Source of the DNA: Octopus vulgaris
Lineage: Eukaryota
Assembly (NCBI GenBank): GCA_951406725.2
Contig: OX597818.1
Span: forward strand, 113,088,001-113,152,000
Direction of reading: 5' to 3'
DNA: 64,000 nt
Position 1 is the stretch's first letter. Each line of letters begins with the position of its first letter. Of the stretch, positions 54,108-64,000 are shown in pieces. The position numbers and the translations under genes were made by a program. The notes beneath the pieces are model-generated. The model made no database searches, was not told where the DNA came from, and saw only the letters and a program-made list of their open reading frames with translations.

Positions 54108-54328
54108 GGAACTCGCACAGCACACAATATCGTGAGGTTGTTGATTGAAGATTTACACTGTTTGTCAATTCACAAGGACCTCAGACAGACAGTACTTTAG
54201 GCAATATGCATGTAGCTCCAAGTAATGGCAACTTTTGCAATACAGCTAGATTGTAAGGTATCTTTAAGATTTTCAGATGTTTCTTCAGACTGGGTGGTAT
54301 TGAACTCAATGCTTCGATGTTCCTCGAT
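54108..54328 (-). mobile_element. 3' end of an RLE-type non-LTR element (R4/Dong-like)
   Basis: IEALSSIPPSLKKHLKILKIPYNLAVLQKLPLLGATCILPKVLSV* (stop at 54181) matches the GALG..LQKxxLLGTxxILRxVL C-terminus. Flanked on both sides by (TAT)n. Confidence 0.82.
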
Positions 54329-54331
54329 AAA

Positions 54332-54546
<215 letters not shown>

Positions 54547-55532
54547 TCGGTAATGCCAGGTCAGAGCTGTCCGGTTTAGAAAATCGTATGGACCCTGAGT
54601 CACAATAGTTTAAATAATGATAAGTTACATACATATATATGAGCGTATACATGCATAGAGGTGACATTTAGATACATATAAATAGGCAGGTGGATGGCTA
54701 GAGAGATGAAGATTTCTGTATATGAACATATATGATAAGAGGTATGTATATATGAGCGTGTGAGTCGGTGTATGCATCTGTACATATTTGTATGCACGGA
54801 AGGAGGTACATATGTGTATATGCATATACAGATACAAGCATATACATGTGTGCGTATGTATGGACGTGTGTGTACATATATGTGTGTGTGTGTGTGTGCG
54901 TGTGTATTTATAAGCACATAATTAGATCTATTAGTGAAATATTATAGCTATTTGAAATTTGAATTCAACTTTCTCTTTTTTCTCTTCATCCCCCAATCTT
55001 CTTCTATCTCCTTCATTTCTTATTAATCCATATTCGTTGATAATTGATTATGTTTTTAATATCTATCAATACATAAACTTTTAAGCTAACCAAACATTTG
55101 TTATATATAATTTCATATATATTCTTCATCCTGGCGTATGTTTGCGTGTTTCTGTGTCTTGGTATAAATAATTTTTTTTTGTTTTTTTTTTTCTTACAGG
55201 AAATTAAGTGTTCACTAAGTCTGTAAATATTGATTTTCTATTTAATTCATTTAAAGTGACATAACTTTATAGACTACTTAAATATAAACGTTTTCCTTTC
55301 TAACAGATGCTGCAAAGTAAACATGTAAATCGATAAATATTTTTAAATTCAACCACGGCAACTGTATCCATTTCTTCTATCATAACATTTGAAATACATT
55401 TCAGTCTCCAAGGCTGAAGTATCTTGACATTATGTTACATATATTTTCGAGTATAATTAGTGTAGCATTCAGAGTCCATAAATTCACTTTTAAATATTTG
55501 ATTCGTACACAATATATGAAAACGTAATAGTC

Positions 55533-55582
<50 letters not shown>

Positions 55583-55673
55583 GGGAGAGAGAGAACGAAA
55601 GGTAGTCAGAGAGACATATATATTTATTCATATACATGTATGTGTGTTTGTGTGTGTCTGTGTGTATGTGCGT

Positions 55674-55805
55674 AGGCGTGGTTGTGTAGTAAAAAGCTTG
55701 CTTCCCGACCACATGGTTCTGAGTTCAGTCCTACCGCGCAGCAGCTTCTTTAAGTGGAAGCCTTGTGAGTAAATTGGTGTGAAGGAAACTGAAAAAAGCT
55801 CGTCG

Positions 55806-55808
<3 letters not shown>
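55674..55808 (+). mobile_element. SINE family A, 5' half, diverged
   Basis: AGCTTGCTTCCC..CCACATGGTTC..GTTCAGTCC..GCCTTGTGAGT..GGAAACTGAAA. Confidence 0.82.
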
Positions 55809-55837
<29 letters not shown>

Positions 55838-55844
55838 TATACAT

Positions 55845-55909
<65 letters not shown>

Positions 55910-56935
55910 TACATACATACATACTTAAGGATAAGCATATGAAAAGGGGTCCGTGGGAAAACTCATTTAAGTAAAAGGGTTGGGAAACATTGCACTATAC
56001 TGAAAATTTTGCAACAAGTTCCGAAAGCTACGTGCTATGAATATTTTACTTTCATTATTTTATGAAGAAAACTATCAAATTTCCGAGTAAGTAGAGGAAA
56101 TAATAAAAGAAATTAATTCCCCAATAAAAGATGAATGCATGTAAATTGAACCGAAAAACTAGCATTTGAGTCAGCTCTGAAAAATGGGAGGTAACTAAAC
56201 AGAAAGCTAGGACAATATGGGATTTTCATTTGGAATAGAAAAGGACGTAATTTAATATGGATCTCATCCAAATCAGCCAATCACAACAGTTCTCAAGGCG
56301 GAGTTAGTGTTGATAGATTTAACCAAGTGAATATGTTCACGTTGTCAGCCCTCCAAACGGGAGAGTTTATATAGTTCAGTCGCTTCAAAATTTAAACCAT
56401 TTTGCGTGTGTTTGAATTGTAGAAATCCAAATATTGTTAAAATCTATCTATTCTCTTACTCATCGGGGTTATTCTTCTCTATCATGGGGCCGATGTTCTT
56501 TCTCGACGACGGCATATCTATTGCAGGATACATGATGACTGAGAACACATCAAAGCCTTTCTATGACTTGGTAATTTGTAAGGTAATTTTAAATTGTGTT
56601 TTAAGCACGTTTATTGATTACATAATGGCCCCAAATAGCTCAAGCCAAGCTTAATTTATTCTTCAAAATGCACTAATTTAATTTTGTGAAACACATACAT
56701 CCCTATGTTACTTACGAATTTTGTGTAGCATCACTATTTTTGTTATGGTGGTGAAATCCTGGCACTACTGTGGGAGAGCAAGTCAACTGTCCTAAATCGT
56801 ATAAAGGCGCATGCGCATTGTCAGTGAAACAGTGTGGTGTACGCAAAGGAAAAAAATAAATGTGTCTCGAAGAAAAAAAGAAAAGAAAAAAAGATGATTA
56901 AGAAAAAACAATTGAAAAATTGAATGATTGTAAAT

Positions 56936-57344
56936 AGGCGCAGGAGTGGCTGTGTGGTAAGTAGCTTGTTTACCAACCACATGGTTCCGGGTTCAGTCCC
57001 ACTGCGTGGAACCTTAGGCAAGTGTCTTCTACTATAGCCTCGGGCCGACCAAAGCCTTGTGAGTGGATTTGGTAGACGGAAAATGAAAGAAGCCTGTCGT
57101 ATATATGTATATATATATGTATATGTGTGTTTGTTTGTGTGTCTGTGTTTGTCCCCCTAGCATTGTTTGACAACCGATGCTGGTGTGTTTACGTCCCCGT
57201 TACTTAGCGGTTCGGCAAAAAGGGACCGATAGAATAGGTACTGGGCTTACAAAGAATAAGCCCCGGGGTCGATTTGCTCGACTAAAGTTGGTGCTCCAGC
57301 ATGGCCACAGTCAAATGACTGAAACAAGTAAAAGAGTAAAAGAG
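56936..57344 (+). mobile_element. Full-length young SINE family A
   Basis: Runs from a GGCGCAGGAGTGGCTGTGTGGTAAG head to a GTAAAAGAGTAAAAGAG tail. Confidence 0.96.
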
Positions 57345-58154
57345 TGTGTATAAACGTTCAAATGGCACTGCATGGGAGTGGCGCTCATGCAGCCATTTCA
57401 ATTTTTCCATTTTTTTATAACATTCATCATCATTCATTTTATGCTTTATGTCCCCACTGCGGTGTCGTGTCTGTCCTTGTAGCGTCTCCCTCTGCGTTAG
57501 TGGCCGTGGTGCCAAATAAAGAAATCAGTGTGGTGTACGCAGGTGCTTTGTGAAGGCAGTCGTAGAAGTTTTGAGAATAGATATTGTTTGTTCCGTCTGT
57601 TTCTGATTGGTATTTGTATTGTTATAACCTTGTTATCAGTCCACGTTATAAAATGGCATCTCGAGTGTGTTCGAAGAAGGACGTAACAGTGTCAACGACA
57701 CACAACAGTTGTTAAACCAGCAGAATAACGGAATCGGTAGAAAACTGGATAAAATATTGTATAGTATTTAGTTACATTTAGTTACGAACTTTAACACTCA
57801 GTGTTTGAAACGTGTTTAAGTTTCCCGTTCATAATCCAAATTTCAAGTCATTAAATAAGCATCGGCACGGAGGATGGAAGTGCTGAGACTTCATAATCGA
57901 TTATCTTCTCCATGTGAACGTTGTAAGAGTGAAGTTGGCGGCCAAGGAGTGTGACGATGGTTTGAAGGCAGTTTTGTTGGAGGAGGGAAAAAGGAGATAG
58001 ATTGAAGGAGTTGTTTGGTGGAGGAGTGGGGATGGCGGGGGTTCAGTTTGGTTGCGACTAATTTGCCGCCGGTCGTGGCCTTCGAAGATTTAATAGAGTA
58101 TATGTTATAATTAGTGACTTTGTGTGAACTTAAAAAATGAAACCAACAGATACA

Positions 58155-58184
58155 AGTAGTAGTAGTAGTAGTAGTAGTAGTAGC

Positions 58185-58241
<57 letters not shown>

Positions 58242-58250
58242 TGTAGTAGT
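58155..58250. repeat. (TAG)n microsatellite
   Basis: Seen directly in the sequence. Confidence 0.95.
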
Positions 58251-58929
58251 ACAATTGTTTTATTCATTTATTTTTTCCTCATATTTTTGATATTCCCTTT
58301 CATGTTTGCTTTTCCCTTGCATATATCGGAAAAGATGTTCTTACGTTGAAATATTCCAAGGTATTCATTGTCACACGTTTGGATCACGTATTCATATCAA
58401 CTCAAGGCCACCATTACCACTCAACTTTCCTCCATTTACAAAATGAGTTTGACGTCAAATACTGAAAGAGATTAATCCTACAAAATCTTTCCTTACATTC
58501 AATATTGAGAAGCCACAAATAGTTATTATTTGCATCAGTTTCATTAGGAATATTTCAGAAAGTAGTGGTTTATAAGTAGATATTTCCAACCCAAAAGGAA
58601 TTCCTACAAGTATCAGAATATTTGTTTCTATCTCATATTCTACTGACTTTGTGGCGAAGTAAAATATCGCAATGTCTTTTTGCTGAAATTTATTGACTAA
58701 ATTTAAGAGCGTTGTGTCGTTTTTATTTTTTACAAACATAATTTATAGACACTGACGGTTTGGTACCCGAGAAATAAACCCAAACCTACTAAACAAAGCA
58801 ATGAATCCACAGCATTTCAGCCTCTTCCAATAAGCAGTTAATGAATGTCACTCATAATAAATAATGTTGCACATTAAATTAGATTTTATTTTGTAATAAA
58901 AATGGATATGCGGTTACGTTGAAGTAGAA

Positions 58930-59033
58930 GCTATAGTAGAAGACACTTGCCCAAGGTGATATGCAGTGGGACTGAATCCGGAATCATGTGGTTGGCCAGC
59001 AAGCTACTTACAACACAGCCAATCTTGCGCCTA
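58930..59033 (-). mobile_element. SINE family A head fragment
   Basis: GCTATAGTAGAAGACACTTGCCCAAGG..GCAGTGGGACTGAA..TGCGCCTA. Confidence 0.88.
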
Positions 59034-59210
59034 TGTATTTTTTTCAAGTTTGTATATTGATATTTTAATAAGTTATGTGAGCTAAGAATGACATCAGAAC
59101 CTTTTGCAAACGCGTTCTCCAAAGGAATTTGGGATCTCATAATTCCCAAGTAAAAAGGCTTCAGCATATTACGGATTGTAGAATTGATTGAAATATTTGC
59201 ATTACCTCTG

Positions 59211-60050
59211 TAGGAGTGACTGCATGCTAAGAAGCTTGCTTCCCGCGCATGCATCGGTCTATTCGCTGTGTTGATTTTTGACGAGTCGGGCGGAAATTTT
59301 TGTGCTGCTTGGCAGCGGTTTGTGAGTGGGAGTTGTACCGGTGGCAAAGATGTAATCGGACTTTAGCGAGTATGGGCTGTGCGCAGCGGAGGAGGAGCTC
59401 GTTAAGGCGGTAAATAGAATGGACGGGCATTTGGAAAGAGTAAAGAATAAAGGGAGGTGAAACTAGCCAGACTGAAGGAGCTGAGTAAGATGACACAGAA
59501 GGTGAGCTGTGACGTAAAGTTAGTACTCCCGAAAATGATAATGGAAAATATGGTAAAGAAGACCATTACTTACAAGTTGTACTCAGTGGAGAGTAGGAAG
59601 TTTGAGGTGATGGAGATGGAAAAACTAGAAAAACATTGAAGGGGCTTTCGAAGGAAGTGACATATAATTCATGGCACCATTGGCAATTTTATACTACTTT
59701 AGCTCAGGGTAGAGCAAAGCTTTGTGAGTGCATTTCATAGACGGAAACTGAAAGAAGCCCGTTGTATATAAATATATATATGAGTGTGCGCGTTTGTGTG
59801 TATACATGTGCGAGTGCTTTCTTTTGTGTTTATCTTCCTCTTTGTTCTCCACCACTACTTGTCAAAATGTGTTAGTTACTTTACATTTCCGAGGCCAAGT
59901 GGTTCGGTAAAAGAAAATGATAGTATAAGTGACAAATTTCAAGAAAATAATTACTTGGGTCTATTTTTTCAATTAAACCCATTCAAAAATATGCTCCAGC
60001 ATGGCCGCAGTAGAATGCCTTAAAGAAGCAAAACGATAAAACGAAAAATA
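59211..60050 (+). mobile_element. Old SINE family A copy with ~420 bp of foreign sequence inside its head
   Basis: Head GGAGTGACTG..TAAGAAGCTTGCTTCCC at 59213-59244. The body resumes near 59670 (TGGCACC..GCTTTGTGAGTG..GACGGAAACTGAAAGAAGCCC..GCTCCAGCATGGCCGCAG). Confidence 0.78.
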
Positions 60051-60454
60051 AAACTTATTTATAATGTTGAAGTTCAACTTATTGTCCTATTGCAAGGCGA
60101 CAGTTAATTGGAATCCAAGTCATTTACTTGGTCTTCAATTTAAATTTGTATTTGGAAAACATTCTTCTACATGGAACATGTATAAACATTACAAATTCCA
60201 TTCTCATCCTATTTGGAAATCTATTTGCATACGAAAATTATATCGGAATAGTTTCACGAATAATGTATTAATGTATGTTTAGCTTCGTAATTTTCCTTGA
60301 TATTAAATCTCTTGGCTTAATGTAAATTTGAATCTTTATGCGATGTTACAATATCGTAAATATTGGAATCTATAACCAAATCATTGGAAGTGATATTGTT
60401 CCTGGCGCTTATATCATTCCGAAAGTACTTCCTGTTGTTTCGCATATCACAGTG

Positions 60455-60854
<400 letters not shown>

Positions 60855-61311
60855 GATCTAGAATATTTTCTTGAGTGAATAGATTTTTTTCTCCATCGCT
60901 CTTCCATCATAGAAAAACGTTGACGTTTTATTTTTCAGAAAATTGACTGTTTATAAATTATTCTTTCTTAATTGATTATCAAAACATTTTACAAATGAGA
61001 TTTTTTTAAATCGAAGGACAGCACATTTTTACGTTATATATTTCATATAGTTTGTAAACATTCAATTCCAATCATAAGCACAAGCATCGCACACACACAC
61101 ACACACACAAACATATATATATATATATATATATCGGGAGAGAGAGAGATACATACCTACATACATACTTACATACAAACAACATTATACACATATATTA
61201 TATACGCTATTACTGTTATTACTTTCAATTTTTATACGGTTATTACAATCGTTATTTTTTATTAATATTGATATTATTTTCATCATCGTCATCATCATCA
61301 TCATCATAATC

Positions 61312-61353
<42 letters not shown>

Positions 61354-62294
61354 GTGGTTATCATTACTATTATTATTATACATTTTTTTTCACTTGAGTC
61401 TAATATATATGTTTTTTATGTGTGCGTCTGTGTACTTGTGTACGCTATTAAGCTTTTGCGTTTAACTGACATTGAAGCGGATTCACTCTCAAATATTTTT
61501 TTAAAAATAATTTATTAATATTAATAAGTAATATTGCTAATGGGATTCTTTTTTTGTTTTTTTTTTGTCTTCTATATATCTCCACGGTCTTCATTGTGTT
61601 TTTTATTTGTTATTATCTATATTTTTTCTTCAAAAGTAAAAGTAACAAAAAAAACACCATCAGTATAAATAATAATTTCCAAGATGGGTTATTAGTAAGA
61701 AAAACAAAGACAAAATGGTCAATAAAATTCTTGTTCCGCAACGTTTGTTTTGTCCTTCGATATTCTGAGTTCAAGCGCGGTAGTTTCGTATTTTCTAGTC
61801 ATCATTTACACATTTGTGAAAAACAATCTGTTATATCTTCGACAAACTTTTATTGTCTCCTTCCTGACTTCGTTCCTGTGTTTAAAAGGAATTATTGCTC
61901 CTTTCTTTGCCACTTTATTTAATTTCTGCATCTTACCATTTTACACAATTGAAAATTTGCCGCCTTCAGTTTTTCTTTTTATCTTTTCCTTTGTTCCTAC
62001 ATCTCTACCACTACATATAATCGTTCTTTTTCATTACCTCCTCTCTTTCATCCACTGACAATCATCAACCAGATTTATAATAGACTTGTAATAAGAAAAT
62101 GTAGATTTCGCTTACAAACACTTGATTAAATGACAAGCGTTACCATCAGCTATAATCGGAATATTATTAAAATGCTCTATAACAATTCCTAATTGAGTCA
62201 GCGAGGGCTGGCAGATTAACTCTTCCGTTAGACCAGAATATTGCAGCTCTCTCTTGGTTAAACTGTTGGTCAAGTCTATAAAAAATGGAGGCGG

Positions 62295-62380
62295 TTCAAT
62301 ATCCTTGAACAACCCTTACCCAGTGACACTTTGGTGGCATACACTGCTATCTCGCTCAATAAAAATAATAATAATAATAA
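62295..62380 (+). mobile_element. Family C 3' end with an internal deletion
   Basis: TCAATATCCTTGAACAACCCTTA is joined to CCCAGTGACACTTTGGTGGCAT..CTCAATAAAAATAATAATAA. These two segments are about 190 bp apart in the 1271-1790 copy. Confidence 0.75.
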
Positions 62381-62614
62381 CCTAATTGATTGGAAGTGCT
62401 ATCATATACACGTTTTGTCTTTAATTACTGTAAGTATTTCTTTACTAAATTAACTGTTTCTTTACAAAACAAATTCGACTTTATGTTTCTTTAGACGCAT
62501 GTATATAGGTACATTAGGTGTCGCGCTTCACTCTGACTCATTATACACATAGAAATACATATATATGTGAGTGTACCCGCGCATGTGCATACTATAAGTA
62601 GGGGTCATACACTA

Positions 62615-62821
62615 ACATTCGAACAATTGCAGTAGAAATATGTTAGCGATATGACTGCAGCAGTTATGGAACCGGAGGTTTGAAATTACAAGAAAATAAA
62701 TGAATTTTGAAGTGAATTGTTCAGACTGGTCAGCTGTGTTTGTTATTAAATGATATAACAACTGCGAATGGAGTTAACCGCTGTTAAAGTGTGTCTACAG
62801 AGTTTTGGGAGACACCGTGTA
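62615..62821 (+). mobile_element. Possible right end of a Tc1/mariner-type element
   Basis: Ends in TTTTGGGAGACACCGTGTA, whose reverse complement resembles the TIR-like sequence at 45430. Confidence 0.4.
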
Positions 62822-63119
62822 TATTTGCATCGTGAAAGACATTATTTAGGTATTCAGAAACACAAACACACAAAGACCGCGAACTTCACTTAAACATTTA
62901 TTTGTAATAGAGTGTCAAAATTTTCGAAGCTTGAAACTGCGACTTGTTCTCTGACAGAAAATTCTGCAGCATAAATATTTAAGTGAAGTTGACAGCCTTT
63001 TGTCTTTCCGAAAGTTTAACTTCTACTTTTCACGCTGTAAACGTTTTAGTTTCATCACATGATCTGAGATCAAAATACTGCTTACATTCGACGGATATTT
63101 GTCCTCATCTTGTTTGTTG

Positions 63120-63163
63120 TTAGTACGTTTCGGCTGATATATCCTCCAGCCTTCATCAGGTGT
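63120..63163 (-). ncRNA. Minimal type I hammerhead motif with an intact core
   Basis: The minus strand reads ACAC CUGAUGA A GGCUG GAGGAUAUAU CAGCC GAAAC GUA. Helix II has 5 perfect bp, helix III is the ACGU palindrome, and the triplet is GUA. The 3' strand of helix I is degraded. Confidence 0.7.
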
Positions 63164-63174
63164 CTTGGGGAAAT

Positions 63175-63380
63175 TATTATTATTATTCAAGTCACTGCCT
63201 GGAATCGAACTCGGGATCTAGGGTTTAGTAGCTCCGCACTCTTAACCACTACGCCATATGGCCCCGATCTTAACATCTATGTCATATGCCTACGGGCATA
63301 TGGCGTAGTGGTTAAGAGCGCGGGCTACTAACCCCAACATTCCGAGTTCGATTCCAAGCAGAGACCTGAATAATAATCAT
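63175..63380. mobile_element. Two tRNA-derived Pol III heads in divergent inverted orientation (63186-63264 on -, 63294-63370 on +), each followed by (AAT)n
   Basis: CATATGGCGTAGTGGTTAAGAG..GCTACTAA..CCGAGTTCGATTCCA on both strands. A and B boxes are intact, but the acceptor and T stems do not pair. Confidence 0.88.
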
Positions 63381-63381
63381 C

Positions 63382-63414
<33 letters not shown>

Positions 63415-64000
63415 CGATAAGGAAGAAAGAAAAGTCGAGAGATATGACAGGTTAGCTTCGGAAGTTAGGCAATCTATAAATTTACAAATGTAAATAATGT
63501 AAATAATGTACATAATTCATCACCTCTTAAATATAGAATTGTATTATCAAAATAGTTTATATGTATATATGTTCGTATGTATAGAGTGAGTGGATGTAAG
63601 ATATATATAAATGATTCGATAAATCCTGTTTATTTTGTTCTCCTGAGGGCAACTTAATGAATTTATATCGAATTTTTCTGGCATTATTTCCAACTCGTGA
63701 TTTGTGAAGTAATATTATTTTTGAAGTTTGAACATTTAGTCATTCTTTTTTTCGAACTGAATATTGAAATGTAATGTTTCTTGTAAAATAGTTGGACTGC
63801 ATAACTTTGATAATCTTCGATGGAAATAACTTTGATCTTTACAGTAATGAGCGACTTGTTATTTTGCTCCCACGACTGAGTTACAAATAAGGGATTTAAA
63901 AAATAGATTTCCGAAAATATTCAATATTCAAATTTTCAATACGAATTTGTTGCGACTCTGAAAATAGTTTATCTATTTCGATATACCTTTGATAAGGTAC

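Noticed and set aside
56406-56654. 82-aa ORF with possible splice donors
   Set aside because: No recognisable domain, acceptor or partner exon.
58455-58739. Hydrophobic 94-aa ORF
   Set aside because: Expected by chance in AT-rich DNA, and no family motif was recognised.
63294-63370. tRNA gene (also the tRNA-like heads at 31909, 43050 and 45923)
   Set aside because: Acceptor and T stems do not pair and the heads are embedded in repeats, so they are SINE-type heads rather than functional tRNAs.

Overview
AT-rich, microsatellite-dense eukaryotic non-coding DNA (intron or intergenic). The SINE families suggest an octopus genome, but that is an inference. I found no host protein-coding exon. Nearly all long ORFs in the track are (TA)n/(TG)n artefacts such as YIYI, HTHT and CVCV. 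The window is a mosaic of mobile-element relics: about 30 copies or fragments of tRNA-headed SINEs in several families, three decayed Tc1/mariner-superfamily transposase genes plus a MITE, a pogo-like transposase C-terminus with a PHD finger, a Gypsy 5' LTR-PBS-gag fragment, an internally deleted RTE LINE, an R4/Dong-like 3' end in (TAA)n, and a Penelope-type GIY-YIG fragment. The most notable unannotated signal is about 12 type I hammerhead-ribozyme-like motifs (CUGANGA...GAAA...NUH) from about 10 unrelated short elements, mostly beside (TA)n tracts. They include a near-intact copy at 25465-25525, an inverted pair with a very long helix II (12961-13934), and an element in which a tRNA-derived Pol III head lies upstream of a hammerhead (about 63085-63545). 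All alignments and folds were done by eye and need computational confirmation.
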